From an uncultured Planctomycetaceae bacterium (GTDB taxonomy: Bacteria; Planctomycetota; Planctomycetia; Pirellulales; PALSA-1355), in assembly GCA_963785305.1 (NCBI GenBank), contig CAWAUV010000009.1, forward strand, positions 121,425-185,424: a stretch of DNA of 64,000 nucleotides, read 5' to 3'. The position numbers and the translations under genes are program-made. The notes beneath the pieces are model-generated. The model saw nothing but the letters and a program-made list of their open reading frames with translations, searched no databases and was not told the origin of the DNA. Shown here piece by piece: positions 51,088 through 61,164 of the stretch. Each line of letters opens with the position of its first letter. Position 1 is the first letter of the stretch.

Positions 51088-51176
51088 CGTGTGCCATGCC
51101 CACGGCCCTGCGTGGGCATGAGGACCGTGCGTTGCGCTTGAGAACATGCCCACGCAAGCGTGGGCATGGCACACGC
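51088..51176. repeat. Composite nested palindrome: two copies of CATGCCCACG-N4/6-CGTGGGCATG bracketed by CGTGTGC/GCACACG
   Basis: Seen directly. Inner units at 51095..51120 and 51145..51168 are perfect 10-bp inverted repeats. Same unit as at 38128..38151. Sits in the divergent promoter region between 50919 (-) and 51498 (+). Confidence 0.6.
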
Positions 51177-51497
51177 GAAAACCGAATTATCCATCATTTC
51201 AGCCGTAAAGGAGCACTAGTCGGCCTCCTGAATTGTTTTGACGCTTAAGCAAACTTGACGCTTATTGTAAAATACGGAATTACTCTTGGCCAGAGGCGGC
51301 TCGCCAACGGACCCAGGAACACCGAATCTGCCCCGCCACGCGGCAAGGGCAACCAATCCTCCCGCGAGATTCCTTACGAAAGCGGGCCCGATTGGTTCGG
51401 GCGACGCCGCGCCGTTCCTCGCTCCGTCCACACGGGGCGTTTTCCTAATCCGCTCGTGGGTGATTTTCATTTACCTTTTGAAACGAAGTTTTGCGTT

Positions 51498-52481
51498 ATG
51501 CGAATCGTGCTCTGTTATCCGGTCGGACCGCGGCATATCGAGCAAATTTCCCAAGCGGCGCCAGGGGCGGAGATCGTCGACGCCGGCCAGGATCGCGTGG
51601 CCCAAGAAATCCATGCCGCCGACATTTTTTGCGGACATGCCAAAGTCCCGCTCGACTGGGACACGGTCGTCGCCGCCGGCCGGCTTCGCTGGATTCAATC
51701 CTCGGCCGCGGGGCTCGATCACTGTCTCACGCCGAGTGTGATTGACTCGAAGATCACGGTGACGAGCGCCTCGGGAGTGCTGGCCGATCAGGTGTCGGAG
51801 CAGGCGTTGGCCCTGCTTTTGGGACTGATGCGCGGGCTGCCTGTTTTTTTCCGCGCCCAAGCCTCCAAGGAGTTCATCCGCCGGCCGACGCGCGATCTAC
51901 ATCGCCAGACGGTCGGCATCGTGGGTTTTGGCGGCGTGGGACGGCGAATCGCCGCGGTGCTCAGGCCGTTTCGCGTGCGAATCTTGGCTGCGGACATGTT
52001 CCCGATCGATAAACCCGACTATGTCGAAGCGCTTCTGCCCCACACGGCGCTCGACGAATTGCTGCCGCAACTCGATGTGCTGCTCTTGGCAGTGCCGCTT
52101 ACGGACCTCACGCGCGGCATGATCGACGGCCGCCGGCTGGCGCTGCTGCGGCCCGGCGCGATCTTGATCAATGTTGCCCGCGGGCCGCTGGTGGATGAGC
52201 CGGCGCTGGTCGCGGCGCTCGAGTCGGGCCGGCTATGGGGGGCGGGCGTCGATGTGACAGCCCATGAGCCGCTGCCGCCGGAGAGCAAGCTCTGGGATCA
52301 GAAAAACGTGATCATCACGCCACACGTGGGCGGGCAGAGCGAGTGGCGGATCGATCAAATGACCGATTTCTTCGTCGACAATCTGGCCCGTGATCGCGAA
52401 GGTCGGCCGCTGAGAAATCTGGTCGACAAGCGCCTTGGCTTTCCGGTTCCGCCGGGCATGGCGGCGCGACCGGGGATGTAG
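51498..52481 (+). CDS. D-isomer-specific 2-hydroxyacid dehydrogenase family protein (phosphoglycerate-dehydrogenase-like)
   Basis: NAD-binding GIVGFGGVGRRIA. Catalytic R/E/H region (NVARGPLVDE...TPHVGG). Start at in-frame ATG (MRIVLCYPVG). Confidence 0.8.
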   Translation: MRIVLCYPVGPRHIEQISQAAPGAEIVDAGQDRVAQEIHAADIFCGHAKVPLDWDTVVAAGRLRWIQSSAAGLDHCLTPSVIDSKITVTSASGVLADQVSEQALALLLGLMRGLPVFFRAQASKEFIRRPTRDLHRQTVGIVGFGGVGRRIAAVLRPFRVRILAADMFPIDKPDYVEALLPHTALDELLPQLDVLLLAVPLTDLTRGMIDGRRLALLRPGAILINVARGPLVDEPALVAALESGRLWGAGVDVTAHEPLPPESKLWDQKNVIITPHVGGQSEWRIDQMTDFFVDNLARDREGRPLRNLVDKRLGFPVPPGMAARPGM

Positions 52482-52922
52482 CAGCCGTTGAATAATTCAA
52501 CAGGCGCCAGACGCCGCGGTATGGACGGAGCGACCGAGCGGCGTTTTTCGCTTACGCGTTGATTTTTGTTTTTGGAGTGTTATAATACGGTTAGTGAGAC
52601 GACGTCTGGACGGTCGCCAACCGCGGTGGCGGCGTCCGGGGCTACCATGATTCCCTCGTTATGGGAAGCGCCTGACACGACAGGCCATTCATTACGGGCT
52701 AGCCTCATTGTCGCCGCCTCGGGATCCGTGCTTCTTGTGCTCGCAAGAGTGGAGGGGCGTAATGCTTGATCCACCGGGTTGGTCGGCGGGGTCGCGCTGA
52801 AAAACGCGGCTCCGCAACGAAACGTCTCGTTGCTTTATTCACTTTTCAGGCCGGCGCGATTTGCATCTGCAATTCGCGCCGGCCTTGCTTTTGCGCCGCC
52901 CTTTTATCGGTGCCTGAATGGG

Positions 52923-55619
52923 TCAGTGTTCCACCACGACCCGTGCTTGTCGCTCGCGGAGCCAAGCCAGCGCGGACTCGGGGGTGAGCCCGTCGATGTC
53001 GAGACGCTTGAGCTCCTCCACCACCGGGTGATCGTCATGGCCGAAGAGCGTGAGCTGCAAGTCGCCGGCGCGGCGGGAGCGGCCGCGGCGGGCGAGTTTG
53101 GCGTGGCCTTGGCCGTCGATGCTTTGGTTTTCGAGCTGCGCGAGAATCTGCTTCGCGCGCTCGACCACGGAGCTCGGCGCCCCGGCGAGACGGGCGACAT
53201 GAATTCCGTAGCTTTTGTCGGCGGCGCCGGCCGCGATCTTGTGGAGAAACACCACTTGGTCTTGCCACTCGCGCACCGCCACATTCAGGTTCTTCACTCC
53301 CGGCAGGTCCTTGGCCAAGGCCGTGAGCTCGTGGTAATGGGTGGCGAAGAGCGTGCGGCAGCCGACTTCGTCGTGCATGAATTCGGTCACGGCCCAGGCG
53401 AGCGAAAGGCCATCGTAGGTGCTCGTGCCTCGACCGATTTCGTCGAGAATCACGAGACTACGGCGGGTAGCCAGACGCAGAATGCGAGCCGTTTCGATCA
53501 TTTCGACCATGAAAGTACTCTGGCCCCGGGCGAGCTCATCGCTGGCGCCCACGCGGGCGAAAAGCCGATCGCAAATGCCCACCGTGGCCGACTTCGCCGG
53601 CACGAAGCTGCCCACCTGCGTCATCAGCGAGATCAGCGCCACTTGGCGAATGAACGTGCTCTTGCCGGCCATGTTCGGCCCGGTCACGAGGAGCGTCGTT
53701 CCGCCCGCGGTCGTCTCGGGCGCGAAGCCGGCGCCATCGGTCGACGACAACGCGCCATTGCCGGCCGCCGCGTCGGCCTGGCGCGGATCGCGGCGCCCGG
53801 CCGAAATGGACATCGTTGGGCACGAACGACCCGGCCGGCAAGCAGGCATCGAGCACCGGATGCCGGCCTTCGACAATCGCGAGCACGGGCTCCGCGACAA
53901 CCGTGGGCCGGCAGTAGCCGCGCTCGCGCGCCAAGCCGGCGAGAGATACCAGCACATCGAGCTGCGCAAGCGCCAAGGCGGTCGATTGAAGACGACGTGT
54001 TTCCGCGGCGACGCGGGCCCGCAACTGGCCGAACAGCTCGTATTCCAACTCTTTCGAGCGATCGAGCGCGGCGAGCACTTTTTCCTCGTATTCCTTCAGT
54101 TCGGGCGTGATATAGCGCTCGGCGTTTTTGACGGTCTGTTTGCGAATGTAATGCGCTGGAACCTTGGCCCCATGCACGTTCGTGATTTCAAGATAGTAGC
54201 CGAAGACTTTGTTGAAACCAATCTTGAGGCTGGCGATGCCCGAGCGCTGGGCCTCCTCGGCCTGATAGCGGGCAATCCATTGTTTGCCTCCGGCGGCGAG
54301 CTCGCGCAGTTCGTCGAGCCGGGCGTCGAAGCCGGCGCGGATAAAGCCGCCTTCACCAGCCACGAGCGGGCAATCGTCTTCGAGCGCGGCCTCGAGCAGC
54401 GCGCGAATCTCGGAGCAAAGATCGATCTGCTGTTCGAGCCGCGATAAAAGGCGACTTCGCCGGCAGGTGATCTTGGCCTTGAGGCCCGGCAGGAAACGCA
54501 GCGTGCGCCCGACAAAGCACAAATCGCGCGGGCTGGCTCGGCCGGTGGTGATGCGGGCCAAGAGTCGAGCGAGGTCGTAGACGCCGCGGAGCATTTCGCT
54601 CAGCTCGCCCGCCAAGACCGGCTCGCCTACAAGCTCGCCCACGGCATCGAGACGATCGTCGATTTGCGCAGTCGGTCAGCGGATTGGCCACCCAATCGGC
54701 CAGCAGTCTCGAGCCCATGGCGGTGGCGGCGCGATCGAGCACTCCCAGCAACGAGCCCTCGCGGCGGCCATCGCGCATCGTGCGGGTAATTTCCAGGCTG
54801 CGGCGGGTCGATTCGTCGATCTCGAGCGCGTCGCCTGGCGCAGTAGCGCACGAGTCCGTCGATGTGGCCGAGCGAAGTTTTTTGAGTTTCGATCAGATAA
54901 TCGAGCAGCGCGCCGGCGGCGGCGATCGCCGGCGTGTCGCGCTCCGTGAATCCAAAGCCTTCGAGCGTGTGGACCCCGAATTGCTTGGCCAGACGCTCGG
55001 CCGCCCCCCGCGGGGCAAAAGCCCAGGCCGGCCGGCGCGTCACGAGGCAGCGCTGCCCGGTCGTCGCCTCGGGACTCGCGATGCCCGGCTGCTCGAGCGA
55101 CACCAACAGCTCGACCGGCGCAATGCGAGCCAGCTCATCGGCCAGGAGCGCTCGCCCCGGACACGAGGCGAGGAATCGGCCGGTCGACAGCTCGACCCAG
55201 GCCAAGCCGGCCGGATCGCCATCGACCACGGCGGCCAGATAGTTGTTGGCCCGCGGATCGAGCAGGGCGTCGTCGGTGATGGTGCCCGGCGACACGATTC
55301 TCGCGACTTCTCGGCGGACGAGCCCCTTGGCCTGCTTGGGGTCTTCGACCTGCTCGCAAATCGCGGCGCGGAAGCCGAGCGCGATCAGTTTGGCAAGATA
55401 GCTTTCGAGTTGATGATGGGGAAAGCCGGCCATTGGCACGGCGTTTTCACCTTTTTCGCGGCTGGTGAGCGTGAGCCCGAGCGCGCGGGCGGCGGTTTTG
55501 GCGTCTTCATGAAAAAGTTCGTAGAAGTCGCCCATGCGGAATAACAGGAGCGCATCTCCGCACACCGCCTTGGCGTCGAAGTATTGCTGCATCATCGGCG
55601 AGACGGCCATCGAATCCAC
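52923..55619 (-). CDS. mutS: DNA mismatch repair protein MutS, split over at least 4 frames (junctions near 54800, 54640 and 53850)
   Basis: N-terminal mismatch-binding domain ([31 protein letters not shown]). Middle domains ([23 protein letters not shown]; clamp/lever region). C-terminal ABC ATPase ([43 protein letters not shown]) and HTH tail. Confidence 0.85.
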
Positions 55620-55645
55620 GCTCCGCGGGTTGACTCACGCTCGTT

Positions 55646-56935
55646 TCAAAGCGTGCGGCCATCGTGGATCGCGGCGCCTTTTTCCAGCACCACGATGCCA
55701 TCGGAAATGGTGAACTCGCCCGACTCCGGAGCATTTTGCACATTGCGCGCGTTGATGATCTTCACATCTTTTCCAATACGGCAGTCCTTGTCGATAATCG
55801 CGCCGTCGATGATCGTGCGGTCGCCGATACCCAAGAGCGGACGATTCTCGGCCCGCGCGGCGGCCATTTCCTCGGGCGTTTCGTACATATCGGAGCCCAT
55901 CAGCACCGAGTTGCGAATCGTCACATTGTGACCGATGCGGCAGCGGAGCCCGATCACGCTGTTTTCGATCACCGTGCCGCTTTCGATCAGACAGCCGTCG
56001 GCCACAAGGCTATTTTTCACGCTGGCGCCATCGAGCCGAGAGGGCGCCAAGAACCGGGCCCGGGTGTAGATCGGCGCTTGAGCGCTGGCCAAATCGAACG
56101 GCCGGTCGTGGGCCGCGAGGCCGAGATTGGCGTCGTAAAACGATTTGATCGTGCCGATGTCTTCCCAATAGCCATCGAACAGATCGACCTGCACGCGGTG
56201 CGAGCGAATCGAGGCCGGAAAGATTTCCTTGCCGAAATCGCGGTAATCGGTCTTGGTGAGCAGGTCGACGAGCGTTTGACGATTGAACAAATAAATGCCC
56301 ATGCTCGCCAGACAGTCGCGGCCCTGGCTGGGAATGCCCCGCCCGTCGATCCAGGCCGGGTCCATGCGGACCATGTCCATTTCGGCGTGGGTCTGCGGTT
56401 TTTCCAGGAATCCCACGACTCGGCCGCGATCGTCAACGCGCATAATGCCCATCGACTTGGCCGTTTCCCGATCGACCGGCCGGGCGGCAATGCTCACATC
56501 GGCCCCGCTGGCCCGATGCGCGGCCACGAGCTTGCCGAAGTCCATTCGATAAAGCTGATCGCCCGAGAGGATCAGCACCTGCTGAACGTCGGTCTGTTCG
56601 ATATAGCGAATGTGCTGCCGCACGGCGTCGGCGGTGCCCTGATACCAGCCTTGGCCGCTGTCGAGCGTTTGCTGGGCGGCAAGAATCTCAACAAAGCCGT
56701 CGTCGAACTGATCGAAAATATACGTGCGGCGAATATGCCGATGCAAACTCACGGAATTGAACTGCGTGAGCACGTAGATTCGATTCAGCCCGCTGTTGAT
56801 GCAGTTCGACAGCGGGATATCGATCAGGCGGTACTTGCCAGCCAGCGGCACCGCCGGCTTCGAGCGATATTTCGTCAGCGGATAGAGCCGCGTGCCGCGG
56901 CCACCGCCCAAAACCAGGGTGATGACTTTACGCAT
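55646..56935 (-). CDS. glgC: Glucose-1-phosphate adenylyltransferase
   Basis: MRKVITLVLGGGRGTRLYPLTKYRSKPAVPLAGKYRLIDIPLSNCINSG (N-terminal NTP-transferase motif), C-terminal left-handed beta-helix. 430 aa, intact. The track ORF fuses it to the upstream gene. Confidence 0.85.
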   Translation of the reverse strand: MRKVITLVLGGGRGTRLYPLTKYRSKPAVPLAGKYRLIDIPLSNCINSGLNRIYVLTQFNSVSLHRHIRRTYIFDQFDDGFVEILAAQQTLDSGQGWYQGTADAVRQHIRYIEQTDVQQVLILSGDQLYRMDFGKLVAAHRASGADVSIAARPVDRETAKSMGIMRVDDRGRVVGFLEKPQTHAEMDMVRMDPAWIDGRGIPSQGRDCLASMGIYLFNRQTLVDLLTKTDYRDFGKEIFPASIRSHRVQVDLFDGYWEDIGTIKSFYDANLGLAAHDRPFDLASAQAPIYTRARFLAPSRLDGASVKNSLVADGCLIESGTVIENSVIGLRCRIGHNVTIRNSVLMGSDMYETPEEMAAARAENRPLLGIGDRTIIDGAIIDKDCRIGKDVKIINARNVQNAPESGEFTISDGIVVLEKGAAIHDGRTL

Positions 56936-57117
56936 GGGGGTTCGGTCCGAGGGTCTCAAAAGAGGGGGAAACTGAGGGCGCCCGACGCATTGTAACCGCT
57001 GGGCGTTTGAAAATAGAGTCCGACCGCGGGGAAATCTCGCCATCGCGAAAGAGATTCGGGCGGTCGAGGCGTTGAGGCGGGATCCGTTGGAATTCACGGC
57101 AATCGTTGCGCCGCCCG

Positions 57118-57808
57118 TCAACTTCCCGGCGGGCGCTGCCGCCCATAGGCGCTCAGCCGGCCCACGAACGGATTGCTCTCGATCTCGCGGCCGATCGTGG
57201 TCTCGGGACCGTGGCCGGAATAGACGCATGTATCCTCGGGCAGCGGAAACAGAATGCCGCCATATGCCGTCGGCGAGCGATCGGAAGTCGCCGTCGGGAA
57301 AGTCGGTCCGGCCAATGCTGCCGGCGAACAGCACATCGCCACCGAAAACGATCCACGGCCGGGGTTGGCGGCATAAAAACACGACATGCCCCCGGGAATG
57401 GCCGGGAATCAGCAGTGTCTCGAATTCCATTCCCGCAGCCGAAAAGAGCTGTCCGTCGTCGAGCAACTGGTCGGCCGGAGGGCTCGTAAGTTGCGTCCCA
57501 AAAGCGGCCGACAGGTTTTGCCAAGGGTCGGTCAGCTTGGGAGCGTCGAGCCGGCCGATCACGATCGGGCAGTCGGGCCATCGCTTTTTCATTGCCCCGT
57601 TGCCGGCAATATGGTCGCTATGTCCATGGGTAATCAGTATTGCCGTCGGAACGCGACCCATCTCGTCGAGAAACTCGATCACCGCATCGGGCTCCATGCC
57701 CGGGTCGATCACAACGGCGTCGGGCCGGCCGTCAAGACAGGCAATGTACGTGTTCTCGGAAAACGGGGACGAGACAACGGTTTTTATGGAGAGACGCAGG
57801 CTTGTCAT
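57118..57808 (-). CDS. MBL-fold metallo-hydrolase (glyoxalase-II-like), apparent frameshift near 57300
   Basis: HxHxDH motif ILITHGHSDHIAG, then GDVLFAGSIGRTDFPDGDF. The C-terminus continues in another frame (LFPLPEDTCVYSGHGPETTIGREIESNPFVG). Confidence 0.6.
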
Positions 57809-58030
57809 AAAATCGACCTCCCGGCAAAGTCGCTGGTCCGATAAGATAGGACGAGAGCGCAACGGTCGAACAGCGATGGCGGTCGTCGGGCAACGGAGTC
57901 TCGTGGCGCCATGCGGTCCGCGGGCATCGGGAAATTGCAATTAGATTGTAACGCGAGGATGTCGGAACTCCGATGGCCTACGCGTGCCGCGACGCCTGAA
58001 AAAGCCGATGTCGCGATAATCGCCGCGAAG

Positions 58031-58062
58031 CTGTAATGTATCGCGAACCTGTAATGTATTTT
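58031..58062. promoter_or_regulatory. 11-bp direct repeat CTGTAATGTAT x2 with 21-bp periodicity in the intergenic region
   Basis: Seen directly. About 160-190 bp upstream of 58218 (+) and ~230 bp upstream of 57808 (-). Confidence 0.25.
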
Positions 58063-58217
58063 GTCGTGGAGCGACTTTGGACTTTTGCGGCGCCCCCCTC
58101 GGGCGTCGATCACCCCAAGTCGGGCCACTTGGCGCGCCAATTGCACAACGAGGCGGGTTTTTGAATCGCACCGGGCTCACGCGGTCGACTCGAACACCCC
58201 AAGGTGGAGGAAAACGG

Positions 58218-59194
58218 ATGTCGATTCACTTCGCTCTCTCGAATGCCAAGCTCGACGATCGAATGTCGCGACAGCAAGCGGGCCGCCGGAACGAATATGC
58301 CCGGGCCGGCTGGGGCCTCGTGGCCCTGGGATGCTTGGCAATGGGCGGTTCGCTCGGCGGCTACGACGCCTGGCGCAATCCCCCTCGGCCGAAACTCCGA
58401 CTGGTCGGACCGATCGCGAGTCGCTCCAGCAGCCGGTTTATAAGGTGGCCGTCAAAAACGTGGCCGTCACCGAGACCGTGGTTCCGGCCACGCCACCGGA
58501 GCACCCGCTGGTTCCCGCGATTCGTCTGGCCAAGGCGTCGCTCGACCATATCCATCACGATATTCACGACTACACCGCGAAAATGGTGAAGCGCGAGCGC
58601 ATCAACGGCACGCTCAACGAGCCGGAAAGCATGTTTATCAAGGTGCGTCAGCAGCCGTTTAGCGTGTATATGCGTTTCATCGGCCCCAAGCGGCTCGATG
58701 GCCAAGAGGTCATTTACATGGCCGGCAAGAACGATGGCAAAATGATCGCCCATGGCGTGGGACTCAGGAAAATGCTCGGCGCCGTGTCGCTCGACCCCAA
58801 TGGAGCGATCGCGATGCAAGGCCAGCGCTACCCGATTACGGAGTTGGGATTCGGGAATTTGACCCGACGGTTGATCGAAGTGGCCGAACACGACACGAAG
58901 TACGACAACTGCAAAGTCGATTTTCATAACAACGCCACGCTCAACGGCCGGCCGTGCATCGGGATTACGGTGACGCATGCCCATCCGCGGCCGGAGTTCA
59001 AGTTCAACGTGGCCACGATCATGCTCGACCGCGAGTTGAACGTGCCGGTGCATTACTCGGCCCGCGAGTGGCCGACTCGGGCGGGCGGTGCGCCGGAACT
59101 GCTCGAGGAATACACCTATGTCGATATCAAGATCAATCAAGACCTGACCGACGCCGACTTCGACGACAGAAACCCGAAGTACAATTTTCACTAA
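58218..59194 (+). CDS. Conserved hypothetical secreted protein (Planctomycete-style), apparent frameshift near 58420
   Basis: N-terminal hydrophobic segment (AGWGLVALGCLAMGGSLGG). The remaining ~270 aa in the 58061 frame has good codon bias (…YTAKMVKRERINGTLNEPESMFIKVRQQPFSVYMRF…). Confidence 0.45.
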
Positions 59195-59200
59195 GCGCCT

Positions 59201-59262
59201 ATCCGACGACTCCCCGCTCTCCGTTTGGGAGAGTGTAGGGTGAGGGTTCCCGGGTCAAGTGG
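59201..59262 (-). repeat. REP/MITE-like element, copy D (truncated at the far end); begins at the stop codon of the upstream gene
   Basis: CTAAGCGCCTATCCGACGACTCCCCGCTCTCCGTTTGGGAGAGTGTAGGGTGAGGGTTCCCGG aligns with the reverse complement of copy A. The TAA of the upstream gene lies inside the element terminus. Confidence 0.5.
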
Positions 59263-59329
59263 CTGCCACCAACGCGCGGCGGCTGTCCTCCGGCGGCTGC
59301 GCCGCCACCTTCTCCCAGAGGGAGAAGGG

Positions 59330-59946
59330 TTAGGCGAAGAGCGCTCGGACACAGATTTGCGACCAAGTTTCGAAGGCCGATAGGTCGGCAAGCAGGATTT
59401 CCACCGGCACGAAGCCGGTCGCGTGCATCGCCGCTTCGCGCGGGCGGACTTTGGGTTCCTTCACATCGCACAGATGCACGATGCCCAAGTGGACTCGTCC
59501 AACCGGCGTTTCGTCATCGTTGATCAGGCCCACGCAGCGAATCGCGTGGTCGGTCTCGATGAACACTTCTTCTTCCAATTCGCGACGCATGCCCTCGGCA
59601 TAGGTTTCGTGTCGCGAGGGCGCTCGTCGTCGATCGAGATATGCCCGCCGACTCCGACGCTCCGTTTGCTATGCAGCCGTCCCTCGCCCAGGCCGCTGCC
59701 ACGCGTGTATTGAAACACGCTCAAGCGGCCATTGGCGTCGCGATGTTGAAACACCACATAGGGAATCAATTGCTTGAAGCTCGGGTCTTCCTCCACTTCA
59801 TGCCGCGGGCGATAGCTGCCATGTTCCGGGCCCAAGAGGGCCTCGAGATAGCGGCCGGGCTCGTGACAAAACCCTTGGAAATAGCCGACCTCGCGAAACT
59901 CCGCCGTGGGCACGACCAATACCCGCTCGACCAAATGCGACGACAC
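59330..59946 (-). CDS. NUDIX hydrolase, apparent frameshift near 59560
   Basis: Nudix box in the 59330..59590 frame ([13 protein letters not shown]... REx2EExG pattern). The N-terminal half is in the 59524..59946 frame. Confidence 0.55.
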
Positions 59947-60007
59947 TCGCGGCTCCCCTCATATTCCCGTTGAAAACAATCCCACAAGATTCGACGAGCT
60001 TCGCAAC

Positions 60008-60994
60008 TCACACATCGCACAGTTCGACGCCCTGCCACAGGGCCGCGAGTTGATTCGGGCCCTTGGGAATAAACTCTTGCCCCACATAGCCGGTATAGCC
60101 GGTGTCGAGAATCGCCTGCATGATCGGCGGGTAGTTGATCTCTTGCGTGTTATCCAGATCGTTGCGGCCCGGGTTGCCCGCGGTGTGGTAGTGGCCGATC
60201 AGGTCCTTGTATTCGCGAATCCGGGTAATGATGTCGCCTTCCATGATCTGCACGTGGTAGATGTCGAACAGGATTTTCATGTTGGGCGAACCCACTTGCC
60301 GACAGACCTGTGCCGCCCAGTCGACTTTGTCGCATTGGTAGTCGGGATGTCCCTTCATGTGCGTCGCGACGCGCGAGTTGAGCACCTCGATGCAAATGTT
60401 GACCTTCTTTTTCTCCGCGAGCCCGATGACTTGCTTGAGGCCGGCCACGGTGTTCTTGATGCCTTCCTCGTCGGAGAGATGATCGCGCATTCCGGAGAAC
60501 GTGATCACATTTGGAAAGCCCGCGTCGCCCGTGGCTTCGATCGATTCGCGGAGCTTGGCGAGGCACTCGGGATGATATTCCACGCGATTGAGCCCGCGCA
60601 CAAAGGTGTGGCTCGGTGTCATGGCGCAAATGAGGCCATTGCGCTTGAGGGTGTCGAACTCCTTGATCGGCACGATCTCCACGCTCTTGAGGCCCATGGC
60701 CTTGGCGGCTTCGGCCAATGTGGCGAGCGGCATCGGGTCGAAGCACCAGTGACACACGGACTGGTTAATGCGGCCGTTCTTGATTTTGCCCGGCTCGCTC
60801 GACGCCGACCGCGAATTCACCGCGCTCTTGCCGGCCGATGTCGCTTCGGCGGCGCCGACCGATCGGGTCAATGCCGCGAGGCCAGCCGTGACGGCGCCGG
60901 CGCTCGCCAGCCAACTCCGCCGCGTGAGTCCCTCGGCGGGCGAAGATGATTTCGAACTATCCACGGGCGACATCGAGCGATCGGCGGGGCGCAT
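60008..60994 (-). CDS. Sugar phosphate isomerase/epimerase (hydroxypyruvate-isomerase-like TIM barrel) with Tat-type signal
   Basis: RRSWLASAGAVTAGLAAL twin-arginine signal. Xylose-isomerase-like layout with conserved H/E/D positions (ICIEVLN, HYHTAGNPGRNDLD, GQEFIP). Start taken from ORF-track arithmetic; my raw-sequence reading is off by 1 here. Confidence 0.7.
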   Translation of the reverse strand: MRPADRSMSPVDSSKSSSPAEGLTRRSWLASAGAVTAGLAALTRSVGAAEATSAGKSAVNSRSASSEPGKIKNGRINQSVCHWCFDPMPLATLAEAAKAMGLKSVEIVPIKEFDTLKRNGLICAMTPSHTFVRGLNRVEYHPECLAKLRESIEATGDAGFPNVITFSGMRDHLSDEEGIKNTVAGLKQVIGLAEKKKVNICIEVLNSRVATHMKGHPDYQCDKVDWAAQVCRQVGSPNMKILFDIYHVQIMEGDIITRIREYKDLIGHYHTAGNPGRNDLDNTQEINYPPIMQAILDTGYTGYVGQEFIPKGPNQLAALWQGVELCDV

Positions 60995-61164
60995 GGCGAA
61001 TACCTCGTGCTTGGGGCTTAGTGAATCGGGGCGGGGGGCAATGGCCGACCGAGGAAGGTTCGACTCCAAGTCGGCGCACGGGCAACGTGCTTCGGTTGCG
61101 TTGCTCCATTGTGCCAGCTTTCGGCCCGGTCGCAAGCAGTCGCCATGCCGGCGGCAAACTGTTT

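Noticed and set aside
52923-55619. mutS truly inactivated, making this a hypermutator lineage
   Set aside because: Essential gyrA shows the same kind of frame breaks, so sequence error explains both. Retained as a low-probability alternative in findings.
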